Source of the DNA: Zetaproteobacteria bacterium
GTDB taxonomy: Bacteria > Bdellovibrionota_B > Oligoflexia > Oligoflexales > Bog-1112
NCBI GenBank assembly: GCA_947445855.1
Contig: CANFEH010000001.1
Coordinates: forward strand, 1 to 51,457
Direction of reading: 5' to 3'
Length of the DNA: 51,457 nt
The translations under genes and the position numbers were made by a program. Shown one piece after another: positions 1-8,955 of this stretch. Below the pieces are notes generated by a model, which ran no database searches, had not been told where the DNA came from, and saw nothing but the letters and a program-made list of their open reading frames with translations. Positions within the stretch are counted from its first letter, which is position 1. Each line of letters starts with the position of its first letter.

Positions 1-1
1 A

Positions 2-1186
2 GGCTACGTAAGTGACAACACTGATGGTTGTGACGCTGATGCTAATGTACAAGTCATAGGAATAGAAGTCTGTGATGCTAATAATATAGATGAAGATTGT
101 GATGGTAATGCTGATGATGCTGATGTTATTGCGTCATCCACAACAGGTGCAACAGCATACTACCTAGATGAAGACGGGGATAGCTATGGTTCTCAAGATG
201 TAAATGATGTAAATTATTTCTGCGATGCTCCAACAGAGGGGTATTCTACTAATAATCTAGATTCTAATGATAACAACTCTTCTGAAGGAGTGATATTGTG
301 TGGTAATGGTGTTCTCAACGAAGGAGAAGTGTGTGATGATGGAAACATCACAAATGGAGATAGTTGTAGTAGCTCTTGTGTTTGTGAGTCGATTGGTGTG
401 AACCTGTTTGAAGATAGAGATGGTGATGGGTATATAGCATCAAATTATAAAACAGGTTGCGCAGGACAAAATGATGGTTTTATTGTAAAAGAGAAAGTGC
501 AAGGAACTTTTGGAACAGACTTTGATTGTGATGACTCTGATCCAAATATTATTCAACTTACTACTTGCTGGGGAAGGCAGTGGATTGGAGGGGCAAGGAA
601 TGGTTCTTCAGTTACTGGCGCAAGTGATACTACTATTGTCCAAGAAAATACTTCTATATCCTGTCCTTGGGGATCGGTAATCACGAAAATCACAACGAAA
701 GTTACAAGTGGTATTCTCACATATATAGAGATAGGATGCCGTTATATAAAAGGAGAAAATGGAAGTCTTTGGGATACTGAAGTGATAGGAGGATCTTTAG
801 CAGTAAGTGGTGTGAGTAGTTATACAAGTACATCCTCTTCTTATTGTTCTTCTACTACTAAAGCAGGGGTTAAATGGGAAGCTGATAAAAAAAGCTCAGA
901 TCAAAAGCTCTCTCATATGCGATTAGTTTGTGGTGATACAGAAAATATAAAAGCTGCAATTTCTAATAATACAACAAATGCTACAACAGTAGTTGTGAGT
1001 GAAGTTGTTGAAGGAGATATCACTCCTAATGCTGTAACAAGATTTTGTGTAAAAGGAAGTGTTTTGGAGAGTATTCAATTAACATATGATTCTAGTAAGA
1101 TTGGTCTTATTTGGTTTATGTGTACTCCATACACAAATGATTTTCAGACGATATCAAAATATGAATTTAGTTTTTTTCCTTTATAA
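2..1186 (+). CDS. 5'-truncated secreted cysteine-rich repeat protein (MopE-type putative metal-binding repeats plus a myxobacterial-type Cys-rich repeat) with an unknown C-terminal domain
   Basis: My translation of frame 2 from the window edge has no stop (GYVSDNTDGCDADANV..EVCDANNIDEDCDGNADD..DEDGDSYGS) and runs into track ORF 290..1186. Motifs seen: CGNGVLNEGEVCDDGN and DRDGDGY..DCDDSDP. The GTG at 290 is probably internal. Confidence 0.6.
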   Translation, partial: GYVSDNTDGCDADANVQVIGIEVCDANNIDEDCDGNADDADVIASSTTGATAYYLDEDGDSYGSQDVNDVNYFCDAPTEGYSTNNLDSNDNNSSEGVILCGNGVLNEGEVCDDGNITNGDSCSSSCVCESIGVNLFEDRDGDGYIASNYKTGCAGQNDGFIVKEKVQGTFGTDFDCDDSDPNIIQLTTCWGRQWIGGARNGSSVTGASDTTIVQENTSISCPWGSVITKITTKVTSGILTYIEIGCRYIKGENGSLWDTEVIGGSLAVSGVSSYTSTSSSYCSSTTKAGVKWEADKKSSDQKLSHMRLVCGDTENIKAAISNNTTNATTVVVSEVVEGDITPNAVTRFCVKGSVLESIQLTYDSSKIGLIWFMCTPYTNDFQTISKYEFSFFPL

Positions 1187-1777
1187 AGAAAACCTTTTCT
1201 CTTGAAAAAACCACTGAGGAGTGTTCTTTGTCCAGTGAGAAATTTTTAGTTTTATTCCTGGAAAAAGATTCAAATGATGTTTGTGGTAGGCTAATTCAGA
1301 GAGTAGAGCTTTCACATGAACTCTTGGTATAGATTTTTCACCTAGTCCTTTTTTCATTTCAGCTATGCGAAGAGCTCCAATAAGAAGGCCTGTTCTATCG
1401 CTTCCCCAGTGGCAGTGGACATAAACTTTTTTATCTTCTTTAAGTAATTTTTTGACAGTCCAGTAAGCATCAATGATTGTAGGAGGGGCATTATGCAAAC
1501 TTTCAATCCAAGGCAATATAGCAACACTTTTTTGAACACAGGTCATCCCATATTTTGAGCAAAGAGTTTCATCATCTTTTTTAAACTCTAGGTTAACAAT
1601 ATGAGTAACTCCCATATCTTTTAATGTTTTAAAATCGTCTTCACCATTGAAAAGACGACTTCCTCTAAAGAGATTTTTTAAAGGATTTCCTAAATTTCCA
1701 ATTTCACAAAAAACATTTTCACTCGTAAAGCTTAGCAAAAGAAGGATAGGTAAAGATAAGCAATAAATTTTCTTCAT
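1181..1777 (-). CDS. secreted Cys-based (CX5R) protein tyrosine / dual-specificity phosphatase-like protein
   Basis: P-loop motif VHCHWGSDRTG (HCxxGxxR[ST]). N-terminal signal-like peptide MKKIYCLSLPILLLLSFTSENVFC. Its stop overlaps the stop of the upstream convergent gene in the palindrome TTATAA (1181-1186). Confidence 0.65.
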   Translation of the reverse strand: MKKIYCLSLPILLLLSFTSENVFCEIGNLGNPLKNLFRGSRLFNGEDDFKTLKDMGVTHIVNLEFKKDDETLCSKYGMTCVQKSVAILPWIESLHNAPPTIIDAYWTVKKLLKEDKKVYVHCHWGSDRTGLLIGALRIAEMKKGLGEKSIPRVHVKALLSELAYHKHHLNLFPGIKLKISHWTKNTPQWFFQEKRFSL

Positions 1778-1936
1778 AAAGCCCCTTTTTTTCTTGGAAG
1801 ATGATTATTCCAGTTCTAACGAAATCTTTCTAAAAGAAAAAGCTTAGGAAAATTCCCAAAAATCATAATTCTTCCCACGTATCACTCGATTTCTTCTTTT
1901 TTTTTGTTTAAGACAGGATTTTAACTAGGGGGATCT

Positions 1937-2728
1937 ATGTCTTTTTTTCCAGAAATCATTTTTTCCTTTGTTTATTTTTTTCTTTTTAGGTTTTTTGGAA
2001 AAAACGAAGAAGAAAATCTTAAAAACCTAGAAAAATATCTGAAATCTTTAAGAATCAATCAGGAAAAAGCTTTTCCTAGCTCAAAAGATGAAGAAAAAAT
2101 TTATAAAATTTGGAAAGAAACAAGACTTCTTTCCTATAATTCTATGTTGAAACTTAGATTTCTTGAAAAGATCCTTAGAAAAATCACTTCTTTTTACAGA
2201 AGAAAAAGACAGATGAATCTTGCTCTTTTTTTTAGAATTATTTTATTTATCTCTTTTTGTTTTTTACTAGTTTTATTTTTAAAAATTTTTTTTGTAAAAT
2301 CAAATCCTCCTCCTTTCTTTGAAAAAGAGCAAATTTTTTATTTCTGCGGAGGATATTTTTTTGTGTCTTTGATTTGTTTTGCTTTTAAAAAACAAGCTGT
2401 GAAATCTTCTTTTTTCTACGAAACAATTTCACATGATCTTTTTTTATGGCTTGAGCTCTATTTTTTAGGTCAAGCTGTAAGTGGAAATGAGTTTGAACTT
2501 TTTTTTGCTAAAGAAGGAAAAAACGCTCTCATGACTGGCGCATTGTACGAAGAAGATGGAAAGAATTTTCTTGAGAATTGGATTTTTGAACAAATAGACA
2601 CGGATGTTTTAGAACAAGAAAAAAGTTTTGATATTTACCCACTCTATGAACTTTTTATTTACACTGGGGTTTTTGTTTTTTTCTTTTTACCGTTTTTACT
2701 TAATTGGTCTTTTTTCCTTAGCCCATAA
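1937..2728 (+). CDS. hypothetical multi-pass membrane protein
   Basis: 263-aa ORF with several F/L-rich hydrophobic segments. No motif recognised. Confidence 0.4.
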   Translation: MSFFPEIIFSFVYFFLFRFFGKNEEENLKNLEKYLKSLRINQEKAFPSSKDEEKIYKIWKETRLLSYNSMLKLRFLEKILRKITSFYRRKRQMNLALFFRIILFISFCFLLVLFLKIFFVKSNPPPFFEKEQIFYFCGGYFFVSLICFAFKKQAVKSSFFYETISHDLFLWLELYFLGQAVSGNEFELFFAKEGKNALMTGALYEEDGKNFLENWIFEQIDTDVLEQEKSFDIYPLYELFIYTGVFVFFFLPFLLNWSFFLSP

Positions 2729-2771
2729 ATATGAATTCTTTTTTTGAAAAAGAATTGTCAAAGGACAGTAT

Positions 2772-2803
2772 AAAGACTAACTTAGGTAACAAGTCTTTTT
2801 TTT
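2772..2803 (+). terminator. rho-independent terminator-like hairpin, preceded by a second perfect hairpin at 2734-2756
   Basis: AAAGACT (2772-2778) pairs with AGTCTTT (2792-2798) and runs into a T-run ending near 2803. Upstream, AATTCTTTTT/AAAAAGAATT forms a 10-bp stem with a 3-nt loop. Both lie between the membrane-protein ORF and the symporter gene. Confidence 0.45.
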
Positions 2804-2832
2804 ATTCTTAGTGTATTGTGTAAGGTCCTTTT

Positions 2833-4323
2833 ATGCGTATATACTCTTATATTCTTAGTCTACTTATTTCATCTTCTCTTTGGGCTTCAGATTTTGAAGC
2901 AGCTATAGACAATATTTTTTTTCAGTTTAATGAGTTCTGGGGAAGTTTTTTGTTCTATAGTGATCACCCCTTGAAACTTCCTTTGATTCTTCTTGTGATG
3001 GTCTTTGGTTCTATTTTTTTTAGTTTTCGCTATTCTTTTGTAAACATGCGTTTTTTCCTTCATGCAATTGATGTCGTGCGAGGCAAGTATGACAGGAAAG
3101 AAGATTTAGGTGAGATAACTCATTTTCAAGCTTTAACATCAGCTTTATCTGCTACTGTGGGGTTAGGAAATATTGCAGGAGTTGCTATTGCCATTTCTCT
3201 TGGTGGTCCCGGTGCTGTTTTATGGCTTTGGGTCAGTGCATTTTTTGGAATGAACATGAAATTTTCTTGTTGTACCTTTGCGCAGATGTACCGGATTGTT
3301 CATAAAGATGGAAGTGTTCTAGGAGGTCCAATGGTCTATCTAGAAAAAGGCTTCGAGGAATACTTGCCAAAGCTTGCTTGGCTAGGCAAAGGATTTGCTG
3401 TGGTTTTTGCTGTTTTTACAATTGTTGCCTCTCTTGGGGGAGGTAATATGTTTCAAGGAAATCAAACCTATGAGTTGCTTGCAGAGCAGATCCCTTTCTT
3501 AGCAAATCATCCTTGGTTTATGGGTTTTGTTTTAGCCCTGCTTGTTGGGGTTGTTATTATTGGTGGGATTCAACGTATTGGAGAAGTGACGAGTAAGTTA
3601 GTACCCTTCATGTGTATTTTTTATTGTGTTTCTTGTTTAGTGATTATTGTCAGTAATTTTTCTTTGATTCCTTCTATGTTTACGCAAATTTTTGTTCAAG
3701 CTTTTAATCCTGATGCGATTTGGGCAGGAGGGTTTGTTGGTGTCTTAATGCAAGGAATTAAGAGGGCTTCTTTTTCTAATGAAGCTGGTCTTGGATCAGC
3801 AGCTATTGCTCATGCAGCTGCAAAGACAGATAAGCCTGTGAGAGAAGGTATTGTGGCAATGTTAGGCCCATTTATTGATACTCATGTGGTTTGCACAATG
3901 ACAGCTTTTACAATTTTAATTACAGGAGCTCATTTAGATCCTTCTTTAAGTGGTAAGGGAACTCTTATTACGGCAAAAGCTTTTGAGACTCTTGGTGGTG
4001 TTATGCCCATGGCTTTGACAGTTGCTATTTTTATTTTTGCTTATTCTACTATGATTTCTTGGAATTATTATGGAGAAAAAGCCACTGAGTACTTATTTGG
4101 AAAAAAGCATATTTTTAGTTATAGAGTGGTTTATTTAATTTGTGTTGTTTTAGGCCCTGTTTTGTCTTTGAAGCATGTGCTTAATTTTTCTGATCTAATG
4201 TTTCTGTCTATGGCATTCCCTAATATTATTGGGATGATGTTTCTCTCTAAGCAGGTTAAAGTGTTGCTGGCAGAGTACACGGATGATTACAAAAAAGGAA
4301 AAATGAAAATAGTAAACCACTAA
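2833..4323 (+). CDS. sodium:alanine (alanine/glycine:cation) symporter family transporter
   Basis: 496-aa polytopic ORF. TSALSATVGLGNIAGVAIAISLGGPGAVLWLW matches the conserved AGCS-family signature as I recall it. Confidence 0.85.
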   Translation: MRIYSYILSLLISSSLWASDFEAAIDNIFFQFNEFWGSFLFYSDHPLKLPLILLVMVFGSIFFSFRYSFVNMRFFLHAIDVVRGKYDRKEDLGEITHFQALTSALSATVGLGNIAGVAIAISLGGPGAVLWLWVSAFFGMNMKFSCCTFAQMYRIVHKDGSVLGGPMVYLEKGFEEYLPKLAWLGKGFAVVFAVFTIVASLGGGNMFQGNQTYELLAEQIPFLANHPWFMGFVLALLVGVVIIGGIQRIGEVTSKLVPFMCIFYCVSCLVIIVSNFSLIPSMFTQIFVQAFNPDAIWAGGFVGVLMQGIKRASFSNEAGLGSAAIAHAAAKTDKPVREGIVAMLGPFIDTHVVCTMTAFTILITGAHLDPSLSGKGTLITAKAFETLGGVMPMALTVAIFIFAYSTMISWNYYGEKATEYLFGKKHIFSYRVVYLICVVLGPVLSLKHVLNFSDLMFLSMAFPNIIGMMFLSKQVKVLLAEYTDDYKKGKMKIVNH

Positions 4324-4356
4324 ATTTTTTTATGAAAAATCTTCTAACACGTCTAC

Positions 4357-4383
4357 AAGTCACTTTCTGACTTCATTTTTTTT
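4357..4383 (+). terminator. rho-independent terminator after the symporter gene
   Basis: AAGTCA (4357-4362), loop CTTTC, TGACTT (4368-4373), then CA plus a T8 run. Confidence 0.55.
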
Positions 4384-4415
4384 GATTAGAACTTTCCTTA
4401 CAAAGAGGAGGTTCT

Positions 4416-4799
4416 ATGTTTTTTCTACCTTTTTATATTTCACTATTTTTTTTTCTTCTTGGCTTATTCCAAATAATTGGTGCTTTTTTAGATTTGAAGA
4501 AAGCAGTTGTTTGGTATGAAAAAGCTACACAAAGAGAGTTTCAAATAGAACACTGTGCTCGTGTGAAAGCAACTTCTTTGAATTTAGAGAATGCTTATCT
4601 TTATTTGATAAAGTCTCTTCCTGAAAAAAAAGAAAAATTTCATGAGATAAAAACAAGATATCAAGATTTGCTTAGCCCTTTTTTGAAAGAAAAAAACTGC
4701 ACGGGAGAACCACTATTTTCTTTAAAAGCTATTCCCTATCAAGAAAAAAACCAAAAACTACCAAGATTTTGGCCTAATTGGGCTATTCATTATGAATAA
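4416..4799 (+). CDS. hypothetical small membrane-anchored protein (operon gene 1 of 4)
   Basis: Strong RBS AGAGGAGG 4-5 nt upstream of the ATG. N-terminal hydrophobic helix MFFLPFYISLFFFLLGLFQIIGAF. No recognisable domain. Confidence 0.5.
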   Translation: MFFLPFYISLFFFLLGLFQIIGAFLDLKKAVVWYEKATQREFQIEHCARVKATSLNLENAYLYLIKSLPEKKEKFHEIKTRYQDLLSPFLKEKNCTGEPLFSLKAIPYQEKNQKLPRFWPNWAIHYE

Positions 4800-4808
4800 G
4801 GAAAGATA

Positions 4809-5051
4809 ATGTTTTTAGCTCTTATTCCTGTTGTTTTTTTTGTTTTTAGCCCATTTTTTTTAGAAAATTATAAATTTCTAAAAAAAAATAATTTTTTAGA
4901 AAAAAGTGAGAATGAAATAAAAGTTTGTCCTAAAAATATAAAAAATTTTTTTGAAAGTTTTTATATTAAATCTTGTATGCCTCCAAATTCAGATCACAGA
5001 GGACAGAAGGAAGATGGAGCTCATCAGATAATAAAACTTTTTTTTGAGTAA
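4809..5051 (+). CDS. hypothetical small membrane-anchored protein (operon gene 2 of 4)
   Basis: RBS AAGGAAAG. N-terminal hydrophobic helix MFLALIPVVFFVFSPFF. 9-nt gap from the previous ORF. Confidence 0.4.
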   Translation: MFLALIPVVFFVFSPFFLENYKFLKKNNFLEKSENEIKVCPKNIKNFFESFYIKSCMPPNSDHRGQKEDGAHQIIKLFFE

Positions 5052-5062
5052 AGGAGTTTTGC

Positions 5063-5503
5063 ATGGAAAAAATTAAGAAGTCTTTTTTTTCTAGCGATTG
5101 GCCTCTTATGGGAACACATCTTGTGTGTTTGTTTTTAGGGTTAGCTTTGAGTAATGTTAATAAAAAGTCCTCTATGGAAGAAACAATTTCACCCTATAAC
5201 GCTTTAATTCCTGTGAAAAATACTCAATTCAAGTATGTAGAGTCTCCTCGCGTTTACTCTGGAATGCGTGTTATGCTGCTTCGTGGGAAAAATAATCAAG
5301 AGAAGTCTGGTTGTTTAGAATCTGAATCTTACACAAGAGTACAAAGAAAAAATTCTTCATTTTTTGTGGAAGCTGCAAAAAAAGATATTTTTTCTTACAT
5401 TAAAATTTTTACTGGTAGAAATTATTTTTTAATCCCATATGAACAAGCTTTGGGTTATGAGCTTTGTTCTAGGAAACTTGAGGTGTCTTATGGGGGGTCA
5501 TAA
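5063..5503 (+). CDS. hypothetical membrane-anchored protein (operon gene 3 of 4)
   Basis: RBS AAAGGAG. One hydrophobic segment, GTHLVCLFLGLALS. 11-nt gap from the previous ORF. Confidence 0.45.
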   Translation: MEKIKKSFFSSDWPLMGTHLVCLFLGLALSNVNKKSSMEETISPYNALIPVKNTQFKYVESPRVYSGMRVMLLRGKNNQEKSGCLESESYTRVQRKNSSFFVEAAKKDIFSYIKIFTGRNYFLIPYEQALGYELCSRKLEVSYGGS

Positions 5504-6815
5504 TTTAGTTTTTTATATAAGATTTTTCTTCTTAATATCTAGTGTTAATTTATTTTCTTCAGGCAAGGAGAGTTTAGAAAGTCTTCTTCTTGAAGTGGGA
5601 GATATTCATGAGATTCTGATGAAAAATCCTTATCAAGTTAATTTATCAAAAAAGGGAGTTGTTCTTCTTAATTCTATTTCTAGTGAAAAGTGGCGTATTG
5701 TTGCTCATAGGAGAGGTTTTGTTGTTTTAAGTTATAGAGACTCTCAGACTGAAGAATTTTATCAAATTTTAATAGAAGTCAATAATAAAAAATCTGAAGA
5801 AAAACAAGAATTACCAAATCCTTTCTGCCAAAATGATGGGATTTATTGCACTGAAAGTCCGCTTAGAGTCTCTGGTGAATCTTCTTCTTGGGAGATTTTT
5901 TATCAACTGAAATCGTGGTGTCACAATAAAAAAGGGTGTGTTTTTTCTCTTAAATTAGAAGAAAAAAATCAGTTAATCCTAAAAAGAAAACTTGAAAATT
6001 ATCTCTCTTTTTTAAACAGTGTTTCTATTAGTTCATCAGGAGTGATTTCTGCTTTGGTTGATTGTCATGAGTCAGGAAAGCTTCCTACAGTTCAAGTTAC
6101 TAAGAGTAAAGAGCTTCTCAAAGACTTAGGATTAGAAGTTCCTTTGCATTTAAATTGTTTACATGAAGTCAGTCAGAAACGGTACCAAATTTTTGGGCAA
6201 GTTATATTGGTTTCAAAAAATTTTGCTCATGAATTAGGAGGATCTCCTCTCCTAGAAGGCGATCTTATTGATAAGAATTTTTCTTTGAGTGAAGGCTTAT
6301 TAAAGCACTTAAAAGCAAGAGAGAATGAATCTGAGTTTGAAATTATAGGAAGACCTGTGCTTGGTTTGCTTGAAGGGGTTGAAGGTATTACAAAAACAGG
6401 AGGTGAACTTTCACTTGTGAAAGAAAATTCTTTGTGGGAAAAAAGTCCTCAGTTTCTAGAGTGGAAAAGTTATGGTCTTAGTCTAAAAACTACTGTGCAC
6501 AGTAATTTCAAAGGAAGTGGCCGAACAAGGTTTCATTTAAATATGTCAGTTCCTTCTGAAGGAGGAGCTCATGTTTCTTTAGAAACAATAGAAATGCAAG
6601 GAGAAGTTATACTCTTTCCTGATAAGCCTACACTTGTGGGGACGACTGATTACGAAAGAAAGAAAAAATCAAAGGGATACAATAAATTTTTGAGCAAAAT
6701 ACCTTTAATAGGTCCTTTTTTTCAATTGCATCGTCAGGAAAAAGTTTTTTCCAGGGTTTATCTTTATCTTATGCTTAAGGAAATAAATGAAATGAATGAA
6801 CAGGTGAAAAAATAA
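5490..6815 (+). CDS. secretin-family outer-membrane channel protein, CpaC/RcpA-like (operon gene 4 of 4)
   Basis: C-terminal secretin-like pattern: EIIGRPVLGLLEGVEGITKTGGE, YGLSLKTTV..RFHLNMSVPS, VSLETIEMQGEVILFPDKPTLVGTT, LSKIPLIGPFFQ, RVYLYLMLKEI. N-terminal pilus-secretin N-domain-like LLLEVGDIHEILMKNPYQVNLSKKGVVLLNS. I chose the start at ATG 5490 because GAGGTG lies 4 nt upstream. The track ORF starts at 5439. Confidence 0.65.
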   Translation: MGGHNLVFYIRFFFLISSVNLFSSGKESLESLLLEVGDIHEILMKNPYQVNLSKKGVVLLNSISSEKWRIVAHRRGFVVLSYRDSQTEEFYQILIEVNNKKSEEKQELPNPFCQNDGIYCTESPLRVSGESSSWEIFYQLKSWCHNKKGCVFSLKLEEKNQLILKRKLENYLSFLNSVSISSSGVISALVDCHESGKLPTVQVTKSKELLKDLGLEVPLHLNCLHEVSQKRYQIFGQVILVSKNFAHELGGSPLLEGDLIDKNFSLSEGLLKHLKARENESEFEIIGRPVLGLLEGVEGITKTGGELSLVKENSLWEKSPQFLEWKSYGLSLKTTVHSNFKGSGRTRFHLNMSVPSEGGAHVSLETIEMQGEVILFPDKPTLVGTTDYERKKKSKGYNKFLSKIPLIGPFFQLHRQEKVFSRVYLYLMLKEINEMNEQVKK

Positions 6816-7575
6816 AATTTGCCCAGGATTCTTTATTGAGAGTATCTTTTGTATAAAATATTTTTACGGAACCTTTTGTGTCATTTTCTTTTGATAATTG
6901 ATGCGGCAGAAGACTTAAAACTCTTTTTATAATAGCCTCTGTAGAGTCAATCCACTGAATATTTTTCCCAGCACTAGCTCGTTCTAGTTCTGGAATCAGT
7001 TGAGAAAAATGAGTACAGCCAAGAACAACTGTGTCTAGTTTTTCTTCTTTTAGAAAGTCTTTGATTTCTTCATTGAGAAGCTTTTCGTCGACTTTTAAAC
7101 CACCAATTTTTTTTTCACTTAAAGTGACTAAAGTGGGGCTAGCTTTTTTCAAGACAAGACAATCTGATGCAAACTCTTTAATTAAGGCGTCTAAGTAGGG
7201 GCTTTCTATAGTCATCTTGGTGGCTAAAATTCCAACTGTTTTAGACTGAGAAATTTGGCTTGCTGTTTTGATAGCAGGCACAACACCAACAACAGGAATT
7301 GTGATTATTTTTCGTAAATCATCAAGAATCATAGTGCTTGCTGTGTTGCAAGGAATTACAAAGAGATCTGGTTTGTTTGTTTCGTAAAAAGCTGTGGCTA
7401 TATGTACAAATCGTGTGCGGATAAAAGAGCTTTCTTGTTCGCCAAAGGGAAAAAATAAGTTATCACAAAGGTACTCAAAATGAGCGTGTGGAAGTTTTTT
7501 AATAAGTCCATTAAGGATAGCAAGACCACCAGAACCAGAGTCCATAAGAGCAATTTTTAGATTTTTTTCTTTCAT
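6775..7575 (-). CDS. murI: glutamate racemase
   Basis: Motifs IALMDSGSGGLAIL, PCNTAS and LGCTHF are typical of MurI. Confidence 0.9.
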   Translation of the reverse strand: MKEKNLKIALMDSGSGGLAILNGLIKKLPHAHFEYLCDNLFFPFGEQESSFIRTRFVHIATAFYETNKPDLFVIPCNTASTMILDDLRKIITIPVVGVVPAIKTASQISQSKTVGILATKMTIESPYLDALIKEFASDCLVLKKASPTLVTLSEKKIGGLKVDEKLLNEEIKDFLKEEKLDTVVLGCTHFSQLIPELERASAGKNIQWIDSTEAIIKRVLSLLPHQLSKENDTKGSVKIFYTKDTLNKESWANFIFSPVHSFHLFP

Positions 7576-7663
7576 GGGAGAAATCCTAAGACTTAAAAAT
7601 ATAAAGTATAGAGGTTAAATTTTAACAGAATTCTTTAAAAAAGTCTAGAAGAGCTTCTGTCTG

Positions 7664-8839
7664 CTAATAAAAGAATTTTTCTAAAAGCAAAGTAGCTGCT
7701 TTTTCAGAAGCATGCGGAGTAAAAAAATGTCTAAGTTCTTTTAAACTTTCTTTTAAGCATTCTAATTCTTTATCACTCGCGAGTGTTTCTTTTAATTTTT
7801 TAGCTACTTCTTTAGGGTCTATTTTTTGAAGAAATTCATCAAAAGCTCTTCGTTTTAAAATAATATTAGGCAAGGCAATGTGATCTGTTTTAAGCAGGCT
7901 ACTTACTAGCGAGTAATTGATAAAGCTTGTTTTATAAAGAATGAAAAGAGGGGTTCCAAGAAGAGCACATTCAAGAGAAGCTGTGCCACTTGTAACGACA
8001 GCAAAATCGGCATGAGACATCATAGGGATTGCGTCTTGTCGCGTGATTGGAATAGAAATTATTTTTTTATTTTCGTTTAACTCAAGACAATCTTTTTTAA
8101 GAACTATTCCAAAAGGAATCAGATGATTATTTAATTCTTCTTCTTTAAAAGAGTCTTTGATTTGAATAGAAATTTGAAAAGTTTCTTGGTCCATATGTTT
8201 AATTATTTTGACCATAAGAGGAAGTACATGTTTTATTTCTGACAAGCGACTTCCTGGGAAAAAGATTATTTTTTGTACATTTAATTTTTCTTTGAGATTT
8301 TTTCGATACGCTTCTGTGCGATCAAAAATATCAGATCCAATGAACTCATAATTTACAGGGTATTTTTCAAAAAATTTTTTTTCAAAAGGGAGTAAGCCAA
8401 GTATAAGATCAACTTTTTTATGTAAATTTTCGGCTCTTTTTTCTCTCCAAGCCCATACTTGAGGTGCCACATAAAGAACTGAAGGGATTCCCCTTAGTTT
8501 TATTTGTTCTGCAAGGTTTTGATTGAACTCCTGGTAGTCTACAAGGACAGCTAAATCAGGAGGATCTTGATCTATCTTCTGAAGAATTCTTTGTTCTAAT
8601 GTTTTTAGATCAGGTAGTTTTGATAAAACCTCTTGAAATCCCATAACTTTTAAATCGTCTAGATCAAAAAGGCTTTTGATCCCACTTTTTTTCATGGTTT
8701 GCCCAGTTAGCCCATAACCCACTATATTTGTTTCTTTTTCTTTAAGTTTTAAGAATAAACTTCCTGCTAATAAGTCTCCAGAGTCTTCTCCTGCTGAGAA
8801 AAATATTTTAAAAGGTTTCTTTTTTTTTTCTCTAACCAT
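7664..8839 (-). CDS. lpxB: lipid-A-disaccharide synthase
   Basis: N-terminal IFFSAGEDSGDLLAGSL resembles the LpxB AGExSGD motif. 391 aa, with a GT-B-like C-terminal TSGTASLECALLGTP. Confidence 0.85.
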   Translation of the reverse strand: MVREKKKKPFKIFFSAGEDSGDLLAGSLFLKLKEKETNIVGYGLTGQTMKKSGIKSLFDLDDLKVMGFQEVLSKLPDLKTLEQRILQKIDQDPPDLAVLVDYQEFNQNLAEQIKLRGIPSVLYVAPQVWAWREKRAENLHKKVDLILGLLPFEKKFFEKYPVNYEFIGSDIFDRTEAYRKNLKEKLNVQKIIFFPGSRLSEIKHVLPLMVKIIKHMDQETFQISIQIKDSFKEEELNNHLIPFGIVLKKDCLELNENKKIISIPITRQDAIPMMSHADFAVVTSGTASLECALLGTPLFILYKTSFINYSLVSSLLKTDHIALPNIILKRRAFDEFLQKIDPKEVAKKLKETLASDKELECLKESLKELRHFFTPHASEKAATLLLEKFFY

Positions 8840-8955
8840 TTATTTCCTCAGTGTATTTATTTTTTTCTTAAGTTTACGCAAAAAAATGACGATAGCAATA
8901 AAAATGTAAGAAATTTGATTGATTTCATGAGTTTAATATTTTTTTAGGAGTTTTT

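Noticed and set aside
2729-2832. Possible glycine/amino-acid riboswitch in the leader of the alanine/glycine:cation symporter gene.
   Set aside because: The two hairpins are AT-rich simple stems. None of the conserved glycine-riboswitch core sequences I know (GGAGAG.., ..CACCG..) is present. They are more simply read as terminators of the upstream gene.
5439-5489. Upstream ATGs (5439, 5457) as the start of the secretin-like gene, giving a 65-nt overlap with the preceding ORF.
   Set aside because: Neither has an RBS. ATG 5490 follows GAGGTG and still yields a signal-like N-terminus, and it reduces the overlap to 14 nt. The start remains unverified.
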